A stretch of DNA of 64,000 nucleotides from Histomonas meleagridis 2922-C6/04-290x. Taxonomy: Eukaryota; Protista; Parabasalia. Positions 52,501-62,451 of the stretch are shown one piece after another. The stretch lies in the NCBI GenBank assembly GCA_020184695.1, contig JAANOX010000253.1, forward strand, positions 124,001 to 188,000, in the 5' to 3' direction. Under the pieces are notes generated by a model that had not been told where the DNA came from, did no database searches, and saw nothing but the letters and a program-made list of their open reading frames with translations. The stretch's first letter is position 1. Every line of letters begins with the position of its first letter. The position numbers and the translations under genes are program-made.

Positions 52501-55500
52501 AAGCTTGAGCTTGATGACCAACTTTTTCTGCCTTTTCAGCAAGTTGTTTCCAAGGCACAGGTATTTTAAGTTCAATCATTTCCATATATTCTATTACGGA
52601 TAAAAATGGTATTACAATATATTTCGGTACATTTCGTTGCATTAATGATATCATTAATATATGTTGAATTTGAAGATTTTGTTGATCTAATGCATATGCT
52701 AATGCATAAGATACTGGAAATAATGAGCTTTTAACAGATGCATTTCTTTCTGCTAATGAAGCACATGAAGAAATAGCTTTACATGATGATGATGATAACA
52801 TTAATGGTACAAATTCATCAAACCAATGACACCATTCAAAGACATCCCATCCATCTAAAGGTAATTTTAGTTGTGGAAGTGGTTTTGAGTTTAAATTTGA
52901 TTTTTCAAACTTAGATTGGAATTGACCTGATTGTCTTTTAGTTAATTTTTCATTATTTTGTTCATATTTATTTAATAGATCTATAGGAATTGATATTTGT
53001 TGAATTATACAATTAATTAATATATTTAATTCAGGAATACTTTCAATATTTATAACTTGTGAAACTTCATTTAAATATACTAAAAAGTTTTGTTTCATTT
53101 GTACTGCTATAGCAATTAATATTTCAGAACATTGTTGTATTAAATTTTTATTATTTTTACATATAGTTAAAATTGTTTTAATGATTTCAGTACAATATTT
53201 ATAACTACCACAAAATATAATTATATCTTTTAAGTTAGTTATTAAATCATTTATAGATTCATTTGAATTATAATGATTTTCTAACCATTTTAATAAAGAT
53301 GGGATAATTAAATAATCAACATGTTTCATTAATGAACCAAATGATATAAATGTTAAATAAATCGAATTAATTGATTCAATTGTGTAATTATTTAATGATG
53401 AAATTAAATAATTTACTATTTTATGGATATGATGAATAAATTCATTAGGTACACACATTGCTGTCCAACGAATAACTTGTAAAATCGATGATAATTCAAG
53501 TTTACCCCAATTTTTATATATTTGTTCAAAGATTTTACCTAAAAATGGTGATAATTTCTCACCAAAAATTGTTAATAAATGTATCATATTATTCATTATA
53601 AGTGAAATAGATTCATCTTCACCATTTAATAAAGTCGACATGATTTTTTCCAATATTAAATCTTCCATTTCACTTCCAATATTATGATTTGCAACTAAAA
53701 TTCCATTTAATGCTTCAATAGCTGTTGAATGAAGATTTGAAAGTGATTCTTCATTTAATATATTTAATAAAATTGAAATTGATACAAATACTGAAATATT
53801 TGTAATTTGGATAATTATATCACTTGTTTTTTGATTTATTAAATTCAAATTACCAAATATAGAATAAGTACTCGAATTAACTTTATTTTTAGTCATTGTT
53901 TCATTCATTAATGATAAATTAATTGTACCAATTTGTTCAATCACTGATAATAAACATAATCGACTTTCATCATCATCTAAACCATTCGTTAAATCGAAAA
54001 CTCGGAATAATATTTCGGAATTATTCATAAATAAATAACTTCGAATATCAGTATATTTTAAAGCTGAAGATAAAAGATTAATAGCTGCTTTATTTCTTTT
54101 TGTAGTTGTATGAATTGAAAGATTTGAATTTATATGTTGTGATAATTGTTGCATTATTAAAGTACTTGAAGAGAATTTTAATAACATTGATAATAATTCT
54201 AATGATGATGAAGTTTGATTTGGAAAACGTAATAATATTTGTAACAAAAATTTAGAAAATGGTCTAATTAATGAAGGTTTTCTTTTGATTATAATTAATA
54301 ATGAATAAACAAATTGTTTGTTTAATGTTTCAGATTGATTTAAACATTGTACAATTTCTGAAATATATTCACATATTAAAGGAATTGCTGATGATATATT
54401 ACACATTAATTTTAATGATTGATAACGAATAGATAATTGTCGATCATGTAAAAATGAATAAAGTTGTTGTACTAATTCTGTTGATTCATCATTTGTTTCG
54501 ATTGATTTTAATACTGTTAAACGTAATTCACTATCGACTTCAACCATTATATATGAAAGTAATCGAATTTTAATTTGTGGAAAGTTTTGTTGTTGTGATA
54601 TTAAAAATCGTGATGTTTGTCTTCGAACAGATAAATCAGGTGAATCTAATTTCTTACTATAAACTAATAATAAATTTATTGTTAATTCCTTTTGTGGGAA
54701 TTGGAAATAATGTAATGAATAAAACGCCATATTAGTTTTCTCAGATGTCGTATTTTGTGATACTATATCATTCGTAAATAATGGTAATAAACGTGACCTA
54801 ATTTGTGATCCTAAAGTTGGCCATTTTTTAGTAAACTTTAATAATCCTTTTAATAAAAGATTATTCATTCCTTGTTGTAAGATATTATTTAATATATCAT
54901 AAAACGATGAAGTATTTGGTGTAATTAATGATAATAATGCAAAGATATATTCATCAGATTTAAGATCAAATGATGACATTAATAAAGAAATTAATTGTTC
55001 TGCTTCTGCTTTATATTTCTCTTTTAAGTCATCACTAATTAAAAAACAAAATTCGCCAAGTGATATTAATACATCATATTGAAATCCATTGCTTTTGGAT
55101 AATATTGTTTTATATAATTCGAAGATTTGTTTGATGTTTTCAGGTTTATATATTGTTGGAGTACATAAATATGATAATGGAATAAGTCTTAAACGAACAA
55201 ATGAACCAAATTGATCATTAGTAATTGGAGGCTCTTTAAAGTTAAAAAAATGTGCATACGAATTATGACGACGAAGTAATTGATTAAGTGCTTCGAAAAA
55301 TGATGATTCTAAATTCTCTTTAGGATCTACTGAACAATTAACAATGGCATTACATATCTCTATGATTTGTTGACGTGATGGCGTATTCATATGTGATAAT
55401 GTTGCTGCTAATACTTTTGTGGCGGCTTTGACAATAACTGGTGATTTGTATTTAAGAGATCGTAAAATGATTCCACGAGTTGTATCGTAAAAGGAACGAA

Positions 55501-56041
55501 GAACATTTGGAAATCGACGTAAAAGAATGTCAAGAAGATAAAGTGATGAAATTATGAGTTTGGAATTATTGGTAGAAAACCATGTTTGACACTTTAAACG
55601 AAGATGCTGTAGGGTAACATGAAGTGTTGTACCAAGATGATTAGATAACCAAACTAATACAAGTTCTAAATTTTCAAATGCAAGTATATTAGATGTAGGT
55701 GGAAATTGTGATATTTCTCGGGCCATCTTATTGGCTTTCGTAAGTTTGTTACCAATATTAACATCAATAAGTGAAGACAAAAAAATTGAATATAATAATG
55801 GATTATGATTTAAAGCATTTAATGAAATTGCACCAAAAAGCTTAGTTATGAAGTATTGTTTGTTAGTTGTATTCAACGACGCATATTCTGTGGTAACATA
55901 ATTTTGAAATGATGATAAAGCAAATCGAAATTGAGATGAATCAGGCATCGAATGTGATAAAATGACTTGGTTCATATGGATAAACAATGGATCATCACTT
56001 GAAAGGTTATTCAATAACCCTTCTTCCTCAGCTTGTTTCAT
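49562..56041 (-). CDS. TOR: TOR-family PIKK kinase (HEAT-FAT-FRB-kinase-FATC), 2159 aa
   Basis: FRB start RIAAFWHEMW; LLKANEDTRLDERVMQLF; GYILGLGDRH.CNI...HIDFGDCFEVAM.R.RFPEKVPFRLTRM; FATC LCQMFKGWCPWW. Confidence 0.93.
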   Translation of the reverse strand: MKQAEEEGLLNNLSSDDPLFIHMNQVILSHSMPDSSQFRFALSSFQNYVTTEYASLNTTNKQYFITKLFGAISLNALNHNPLLYSIFLSSLIDVNIGNKLTKANKMAREISQFPPTSNILAFENLELVLVWLSNHLGTTLHVTLQHLRLKCQTWFSTNNSKLIISSLYLLDILLRRFPNVLRSFYDTTRGIILRSLKYKSPVIVKAATKVLAATLSHMNTPSRQQIIEICNAIVNCSVDPKENLESSFFEALNQLLRRHNSYAHFFNFKEPPITNDQFGSFVRLRLIPLSYLCTPTIYKPENIKQIFELYKTILSKSNGFQYDVLISLGEFCFLISDDLKEKYKAEAEQLISLLMSSFDLKSDEYIFALLSLITPNTSSFYDILNNILQQGMNNLLLKGLLKFTKKWPTLGSQIRSRLLPLFTNDIVSQNTTSEKTNMAFYSLHYFQFPQKELTINLLLVYSKKLDSPDLSVRRQTSRFLISQQQNFPQIKIRLLSYIMVEVDSELRLTVLKSIETNDESTELVQQLYSFLHDRQLSIRYQSLKLMCNISSAIPLICEYISEIVQCLNQSETLNKQFVYSLLIIIKRKPSLIRPFSKFLLQILLRFPNQTSSSLELLSMLLKFSSSTLIMQQLSQHINSNLSIHTTTKRNKAAINLLSSALKYTDIRSYLFMNNSEILFRVFDLTNGLDDDESRLCLLSVIEQIGTINLSLMNETMTKNKVNSSTYSIFGNLNLINQKTSDIIIQITNISVFVSISILLNILNEESLSNLHSTAIEALNGILVANHNIGSEMEDLILEKIMSTLLNGEDESISLIMNNMIHLLTIFGEKLSPFLGKIFEQIYKNWGKLELSSILQVIRWTAMCVPNEFIHHIHKIVNYLISSLNNYTIESINSIYLTFISFGSLMKHVDYLIIPSLLKWLENHYNSNESINDLITNLKDIIIFCGSYKYCTEIIKTILTICKNNKNLIQQCSEILIAIAVQMKQNFLVYLNEVSQVINIESIPELNILINCIIQQISIPIDLLNKYEQNNEKLTKRQSGQFQSKFEKSNLNSKPLPQLKLPLDGWDVFEWCHWFDEFVPLMLSSSSCKAISSCASLAERNASVKSSLFPVSYALAYALDQQNLQIQHILMISLMQRNVPKYIVIPFLSVIEYMEMIELKIPVPWKQLAEKAEKVGHQAQALRYNEYIFDSFSQESIESLISLNLQLGLPLAANGILQVSTIQNSQESLSEKLGLWEEAYESYSKIDQNDQKAKEGKMKCLEALSRYKDLYEISKDEKSIYSASASFHLFDFDKLSSIVDKLDKKDQRVIFYKIIKCVYNNELKYAEKLISKLNLQFIPQLFPINYEDYEKSFDIYLRACLISEIKDIISLKKIEMNQNSSIPKEREFYNTTMNQIYNNWKLRFEQLCDSSESMYETICVRSLLLNDEQMNPFWLKFLEKEAQKGKTQLGEIALLHVKLDQPEVQFSQSLMLWNSNSHDEAIEKLKTIVTNLPKTSKLLPRYLNMLGNWCKENHQYESSLQFLQESVSLSPNSCNYWADLAKINLCLYQNGGTKEHLLNSLNANINGLINNTLNQIQFTLNTISILLQNSSKEFCQLLKNNLNKINSELWLFLLPQIVSNLSNSDLKELFEELLLLISKTHPQKVLYSLLVNYRSDKIDIQQSTKKIVDILRIEFPLLVNQVLLFSSELLRIAAFWHEMWFTNIDEASRDYILRNNKNSTQEQLLPLHKLISNPPETTFEVSFHTMYGSRLNIAEEYLKSYVETNNLNYFYQCWSIYVEVFKQIRSTMNDITEFNLCDASPLLESLNNTNLTVPGTKNNIYINSFINNIHIINSKQKPRKLSVIGSDGKIYPFLLKANEDTRLDERVMQLFNYISDLVHNSSIPLSSKLGITTYGVVPITRKVGLIGWVQDTQTLFEIISNFRNSHGIVLDYEVRKSLKVCPSYDTASIDKKKKAFLYGIGRTDGNDLKKILLKFSTDSNDWLDRRVQFTTSLAVTSMAGYILGLGDRHMCNIMITNRTAKLVHIDFGDCFEVAMHRARFPEKVPFRLTRMMQNALEVSKIEGTLRKCCEKIMKLLRRNGEQILALLEAFINDPQLQLKNPFDKGFTAKSVLERIQDKLTGRDFGRDKVLPVKKQVNLLINQAISYDNLCQMFKGWCPWW

Positions 56042-56406
56042 CTTTTTTCACTTTTTCTTACAGTTGTTTAAAATTAATTTTTGAAAGAATAAGGTAAATA
56101 TTTGAATTCTGATTTCAAAGGGATAAATCTCATCTTTTGAAAATTGTAACCGTACGATATGGGTAAATTTTTCTTTTTTGCTTGAATAATGAAAATTATA
56201 TTAAACTTATTTATTTCCTTTTTCTTTTATTATCATGTCTTATGTGATTATTTATAACATCATAAGTCGTTTTCATTTTATAATGGCAAATTTCTAATTT
56301 TCTATGGATTTTGTTATTCATTTTTTAGTTGAATAAAGGAGATAACATATAATGAAAATCCGATTGTTTTACAACATTTCAATTAATTTTATTTTTATTT
56401 TTATAT

Positions 56407-56949
56407 ATGTCGAATCTAAAACTTCAAAAGCGTTTATCTGCCGCTGTATTAAATTGTGGTATAGGACGAATTTGGATGGATGAATCAGAGACATCTGCAA
56501 TTGCTATGGCAAACTCTCGTCAACAAATTAGAAAACTAATAGCTGATGGAATAATAGTAAAAAGACCAATAGCAATACATTCATCTGAAAGACATACCAA
56601 ACGAGCTTTAGCAAAAAAGAGAGGAAGACATAGAGGATACGGAAAACGACGAGGAACTAAAAATGCAAGACTTAATTCCAAATGGCAGTGGATTCGAAGA
56701 ATTAGAGTACTCCGTCGAACTCTTCTTGATTATAAAAAGAAAGAAGAAATAGATTCTCATTTATATCATAAATTATATCTCCAAGCAAAAGGGAATCAAT
56801 TTCGAAACAAACGAATTTTAATGGAACACATTCACAGGCTTAAAATTGAACAAGATAGAGAAAAAGCTCTTCAGCGACAAATTGAAATCCGCAGAGCTCG
56901 AAGTCGTCGAATGAGAGAAAAGAGAGCTGCATCAAGAACATTTAATTAA
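56407..56949 (+). CDS. RPL19: 60S ribosomal protein eL19
   Basis: MSNLKLQKRLSAAVLNCG..RIWMD..E...IAMANSRQQIRKLIADG; RGYGKRRGTKNAR; HLYHKLYLQAKGNQFRNKRILMEHIH. Confidence 0.97.
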   Translation: MSNLKLQKRLSAAVLNCGIGRIWMDESETSAIAMANSRQQIRKLIADGIIVKRPIAIHSSERHTKRALAKKRGRHRGYGKRRGTKNARLNSKWQWIRRIRVLRRTLLDYKKKEEIDSHLYHKLYLQAKGNQFRNKRILMEHIHRLKIEQDREKALQRQIEIRRARSRRMREKRAASRTFN

Positions 56950-57013
56950 AAATTCTTGTTTTAATATTTTTAAAAAATTTAATATTAAAATAATAAATAC
57001 ATTTTATTACAAA

Positions 57014-59665
57014 TTATTTTATATTCATAGGTAAAGTAGACATTGCTTGTTCACCTGACAAGTTTACGCTCATTTTATTCATATTATTAACAGTTGTAAC
57101 TTTTGGAGAACGCGGATTTCTTTGATTTTGCATTTTTTCCTTTAACTTATTATAAATCTTCTTCTGCGAGTACTGCATATCTCTTGCGTCATTTAATTGT
57201 TTATTTAACACTTCGTATTGATTTTGATATTCAGCCAATTTTGATTGTTGTGTGTTTAATTCAGCAGCCATAGCCTTTAATTGTCTATCTTTTTGTTTAA
57301 CCTTTAATTGCAATTGTTTTAATTGGTTTAACATTTCTTGTGAAGGTTGTTCATCCATAACTTTTTGTGTTTCTTTCATTTGTTTCTTTAATTCGACAAT
57401 TTCTTTTTTAATGTTTACAATACTTTCAGTTTTTTTAATTAATCTTCTTTGGAGTTGTTTAATAGTTTTTAATAACTCTGTAGGAGATGGATCTTTACCA
57501 TATAAATGTCGCCAACGATGTGGATTTTCAGGGTTTTCAAGTTCTTCACTTAAAGCTCTAACTTTAGTTTGTTCTTGAATTAAATCGTTTTGTAATGTTT
57601 TAACTTTATTTTCAAGTTCTTCTGTTTGATTACATTGTCTTTGTAATATCAAATTTTTCCTTTGTGTCTCTTTGATTAATCGTTGTAATTCAGCTGCATC
57701 TTCACAACGTTTATTATATTCGATTTCACCATTTTTTAATGTGTCTTGAAGAATTTTTAATTTCTCATATAAAAGTGCAATTTCATCATTTCTTCGTATT
57801 AATTGAGTACCCAAAATATCTCTATCTTTCATCATATTAATTTGTTCATCTAAAAGTTTTTGGCGTTCAATATCGGCTTCTTTTATACGAGCTTCAAGTG
57901 AATGAAGTTCTTCTTCATGTTTATGCATAGTTTTCTCGGCTTCTTCCCAAGCATCTTTAAGTCGTTTCATTTCATTCATAAGTTTCTCTTTTTTACCTTC
58001 CGCTTTTTTCAGTTCGAAATGTTCACTTGCATAAGTATCTTCTTTGATACTAATTTCATTCTTAAGTTGTTGAGCTTGTTGTGTCATAATTTTAAATTTC
58101 TTTTTTAAATCTGCATTTTCATCTTGTGCATTCGACAATTGTTTACTATAATTATTCCTTTCGACTCTTAATTGTTCATAAAGTTGTTGTTTAGCCCTTA
58201 ATTCTTCATCAGCTGTAGCTATAAGTCTTTGAGTTTGATTTAATTGGATTTCACTTGTTTTGGCATCTTCTTTAGCTTTAATATATTTGGATTGAGCTTC
58301 TGCTGCTTCTCTTGCACATTGTTCACGTTTGTTTTCTAGTTTATCAATTAATTGTTTCATTTTTTGTGATTCATCTTGATAAGTTTGAAGTTTCCCTTCA
58401 AGTTCATCACGATGTTTTGATTCTTCTTGTGTTAATTTTTGTTGTTTATCAAGTTGCGCCTTTGTTTTAACTTTCGCTTTATTTAATCCTTCAAGTTTTG
58501 CTTGAAGTTGTTCATGTGTTAAGTTATTATCTTCTAAACTTTTGTTGAGATCAGAAATTTCTTTTTCTAATCCTTCGATTTCTGATTTTAATGAAGTAAT
58601 AATAGATTCATCTTGTTTTCGCATGTTTTGTGTTTGAATAATATTTTGTTGTAACGAATAATTTTCTCTTTTTTTCCGTTCAATTTCACTTTTTATTGAA
58701 CGAATTTCTTTTTCTTTTTCATTGAGCGTGTCTTCAAGTGTTTTTAATTGGTTTTGTAATTCTTTATTATGTTCTGTTTCTTTTCGTATTTCTGCTTCAA
58801 TTTCTTCTTCTTGTTTTTGTGTTTCAAGATTTTCTTTTCGAATTTGTTCAATTTGTGTTTTAGCATTTGCTATAGATTGATTAATTCGTTCTTCTTCTGC
58901 AATCAGTGTCGATAATTCTTTATTTTGATTATCAATTTGGTTATTAAGATTTTGTTGGACATTACGTAAACTTTGTAATTGCTTAAAAAGCCGATCGCGA
59001 TGTATTGTTTCACTTTCAACTTGCGCACGTTTTTGCGTAAGTTTTGTACGTAAATTTTGGACTTTTTGTTCCATTTGAAGTTTCTCTTGCTCAGAAGAAT
59101 TAAGTTCTTCAGTGAGCGTCGAGAGTTCGTTCTTAAGTTGAATAATTTGATTGAGTTGTTCATCACGCTCCTTTATAAGATCACTTTTTTGTTGAAGAAG
59201 ATCTTTGACTGCATTATCATGGCCATAACTAAGAAGACCACCTTGTTCTACAAGTTGGGTAAGATGCGCTATTTCGGATTTGAGTGACTCAATGGTTTCA
59301 TCTGCATTCTTTTCACGACCTTGAGCAGATTCAACCATATTCCATGCTTTGTCTATTTCTTGGCGAAGAGCAGTAATGGTACGACGATCTTGTTGGAGTA
59401 GTTCAAGCGATTTCTCGACTTTAGTGGAATTTGTAATAATTTCTTCATTAAGTTCCTTACATTTAGTAATAAGGCGTTTGTTACTATCATAAGAACGCTT
59501 CAACGCTTTGTGAAGTCTTTCATACTCCTCACGAAATTTTTCAAGTGAATGATCTCCAATGAGTTCCTGAATTATTGTTTGAAAGTTTTGTTCTAGTTCT
59601 TCATATGCTTTGGAATCAATTGCGTATTCACTGAAATCTTGATTTTTTAATTCTTTCTCGCTCAT
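57014..59665 (-). CDS. CFAP58: Cilia- and flagella-associated coiled-coil protein 58
   Basis: SLEKFREEYERLHKALKRSY..NKRL..KCKELN; RDILGTQLIRRNDEIALLYEK; ALSEELENPENPHRWR.L.GKDPS. Confidence 0.9.
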   Translation of the reverse strand: MSEKELKNQDFSEYAIDSKAYEELEQNFQTIIQELIGDHSLEKFREEYERLHKALKRSYDSNKRLITKCKELNEEIITNSTKVEKSLELLQQDRRTITALRQEIDKAWNMVESAQGREKNADETIESLKSEIAHLTQLVEQGGLLSYGHDNAVKDLLQQKSDLIKERDEQLNQIIQLKNELSTLTEELNSSEQEKLQMEQKVQNLRTKLTQKRAQVESETIHRDRLFKQLQSLRNVQQNLNNQIDNQNKELSTLIAEEERINQSIANAKTQIEQIRKENLETQKQEEEIEAEIRKETEHNKELQNQLKTLEDTLNEKEKEIRSIKSEIERKKRENYSLQQNIIQTQNMRKQDESIITSLKSEIEGLEKEISDLNKSLEDNNLTHEQLQAKLEGLNKAKVKTKAQLDKQQKLTQEESKHRDELEGKLQTYQDESQKMKQLIDKLENKREQCAREAAEAQSKYIKAKEDAKTSEIQLNQTQRLIATADEELRAKQQLYEQLRVERNNYSKQLSNAQDENADLKKKFKIMTQQAQQLKNEISIKEDTYASEHFELKKAEGKKEKLMNEMKRLKDAWEEAEKTMHKHEEELHSLEARIKEADIERQKLLDEQINMMKDRDILGTQLIRRNDEIALLYEKLKILQDTLKNGEIEYNKRCEDAAELQRLIKETQRKNLILQRQCNQTEELENKVKTLQNDLIQEQTKVRALSEELENPENPHRWRHLYGKDPSPTELLKTIKQLQRRLIKKTESIVNIKKEIVELKKQMKETQKVMDEQPSQEMLNQLKQLQLKVKQKDRQLKAMAAELNTQQSKLAEYQNQYEVLNKQLNDARDMQYSQKKIYNKLKEKMQNQRNPRSPKVTTVNNMNKMSVNLSGEQAMSTLPMNIK

Positions 59666-60434
59666 CTCTGATTTTTAACGAATTTAACCGTTAATTTAAA
59701 ATTGTGAAAACAGGATTTGTTGTGGGAAAAAAGGATTTCGGAAAATTAAGATAAAAAGAGGCAAAATAACTTGCAGATACTGAAATTCATAAACTATTAT
59801 CTAGGGTCAAATTGATGAAGTTTGGTTTGAACAGTTTTTCGTTTCTTTTTATTATTATTGATATCAAATAATTTTTTTTAAAAAAAAAAAAAAAGATTTT
59901 TCGTTTTTTAATAATTTATACATATAACTCATATGGTTTTCATGATGCGTATTACTAAAATATGAAAATATTGAAAAGAATTCTTGTACCAATCTTCATT
60001 GCTTTGGATTTTTTGATAGGAATATTTAAAAGTGCAAATGAAATCTCGTTCCCAAAAGAAACTTGGTCAAATACAGTTTCATCATCTGTCTTTTCGATTT
60101 TATCACGAATAATTGAACAATGCAACAATCATCCATAATTGACGAACTATGTGGTTTTGTCTATAATTTTTGTTAAACACTGAAAAAAACAAAATAAACG
60201 AGCAGCTTTAACTTAGAAATCTTTTTATTGACCAAAATATAATTTGGAATGTCATAATTTGCGCTTTGATCATTCGATTATATCATTTATAAATTTTGCT
60301 TAAACTAACGGTCGTTCTTATGGAAGTAAACCGTAAAATCAGCACAAAAAGTTGTATGTTATCGGAATTTTTAACAATTCAAACAAATTATGCCGATCAA
60401 AAAATTCTCAAAAATTTTTGAGAAGAAAAATTTC

Positions 60435-60497
60435 TTTGTGATAAGCGCTGTAAACCAGGGGGTGTATCGTTCCCATCACACCCCACCTTATCACAAA
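60435..60497. other. GC-rich nested inverted repeat (11-bp outer arms TTTGTGATAAG/CTTATCACAAA, 7-bp inner arms GGGGTGT/ACACCCC)
   Basis: Arms at 60435-60445/60487-60497 and 60459-60465/60478-60484; stands out from AT-rich flanks. Function unknown (possible MITE or element end, or ncRNA). Confidence 0.7.
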
Positions 60498-62249
60498 TAT
60501 TTAATAATAAATTAATTTATTTTCAGGACGAAGTTTTAATGATTTAACACAATATCCAGTTTTTCCATGGGTATTAAAAGATTATACGAATGAAACTATT
60601 GATTTAAATGATCCGAATGTTTATCGAGATTTAAGTAAACCTATTGGAGCATTAAATGAAGATCGATTAGAACATTTAAAGGAATTAATTACAGAAATGG
60701 ATGAAGAAAACAAATTTTTATATAAAGTACATTATTCTAATTCATATTTTGTATCATATTATTTATTACGATTAGAACCATTTACAAGTATTAATATTAA
60801 AATGCAAGATAATAAATTTGATAAATCAAGTCGAATTTTTTCATCAATTCCTCATTTATGGGAATCTATTACATCACCAGATTTAACTGATTATCGAGAA
60901 TTAATACCAGAATTTTATAGTACACCACGATTTTTAATTAATTCGGATAATTTTGATTTAGGAATCAAATCAGATGGAAGTAAAAATAATGATGTCATAT
61001 TACCACCATGGAGTAAAAATGCATATGATTTCATCGAGAAACATCGAGCAGCATTAGAAAGTGATTATGTAAGTTTAAATTTACCTAAATGGATTGATTT
61101 AATATTTGGATATAAACAAAATGGGAAAGAAGCAATTTTAGCTAATAATACATTTCATCCTTATACATATCCTACGAATATGACTAAACAAGTAATAGAA
61201 GATCCAGAAAAGTTAATTTTATATCAACAATTTAGTAAAAGTTTTGGTACAATTCCAAATCAAATCTTCAAGAATCCACATCCAATGAAAATTAATTTTT
61301 CGACGATTAATTTTATTTTATCTTTATTTACACCGACATTACAAATTGAAATAAAATCGAAGCCAATATTTCTTCGAATAACATTAAATAATATTTTAAT
61401 TATTATTATATCATTAGGTAAATTAATATTAAAGAATAATAAAAATGAAAATATTTTTGATATTAGTTATTGTTTAACAGGATTTCAAGGTATTTCAGAA
61501 AGGACAATTTCATATCATTTAAAAAAGAATATTTTAATTATATCAACATGTAATGATTGTACATTTCATATGTTTCAAATTGATATTAATAATTTAACTA
61601 TTAAATTAATTAATTCACAACGACAATATTCATTAATAAATTCATTAAAAGTTACGAGTACGAATGATTTTGTTACAGCTTCACGAAATTATTCTATTAT
61701 TAAATGGAATTTTACACAACCAGCGACAATGAAATTCCAAATTAGTCCACATCCAGCGACGATTATTGATTTTGATATCGGTATTGTAAGTAATGCATTA
61801 ATTTGTGGTTATAAATCACGACAAATTTCATCATTTAATTTCTTAAATGGTTCTTATCAATATAGTTATTCATTAGATTATAATATTTTAATGTTAAAAA
61901 TTAGTGCATCCACTTGTATATTGATATGTTGTGAAATTATTAAAAATAAAATTTTTAAAATATTTTCATATGGAATGGATTTAAATAAAATTGAAGAATT
62001 GGAAATTCAAAGTCCGAAAATACAATGGTGGAAATGATTATTGCACATAAGGATTACGTGTTGGCAGTGTCCGACTTAAATAACAAGTTGACATTGTTAT
62101 GTTTGCCGTGTTTGAGGATTTTAAGGACTTTCGAGTTACAGGACGCAGTGGTAACGATGTACTTCGACTCAAGAACAAATGTTTTGTATTATGGGACTGA
62201 AAATAATAAGGTGCTCAATAGACTTCCATTAAACTTTAAGAGTAAATAA
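60498..62249 (+). pseudogene. BEACH-WD40 gene fragment, 5'-truncated and frameshifted
   Basis: Starts at YLI./INLFSGRSFNDLTQYPVFPWVLKDY with no upstream PH/ARM region. Canonical BEACH follows (HYSNSY...YLLRLEPF, RELIPEFY, LPPWS, HRAALESDYVS.NL..WIDLIFGYKQ.G..A..A.N.FH). Frameshift in an A-run near 62020 continues into 62025..62249. Confidence 0.85.
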
Positions 62250-62451
62250 TACTATGAATAATAATTAATTTTTTGTTGTTATGAATTTTTCATCATTTTT
62301 TTCACAAAAATTTTCATCAAATTATATGAAAATCATACAATGAAATATGATATAAAATATTCTATTTATCAAATTTAATGCGTTAATAATAATATATGAA
62401 AACAAAATGAATTTAGGAAATGTTTATTTCAATATTTAAATATTTCCTCTT

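Noticed and set aside
59960-60420. Short open frames on both strands upstream of the hairpin (possible transposase remnant)
   Set aside because: Under 60 codons, with no recognisable catalytic motif.
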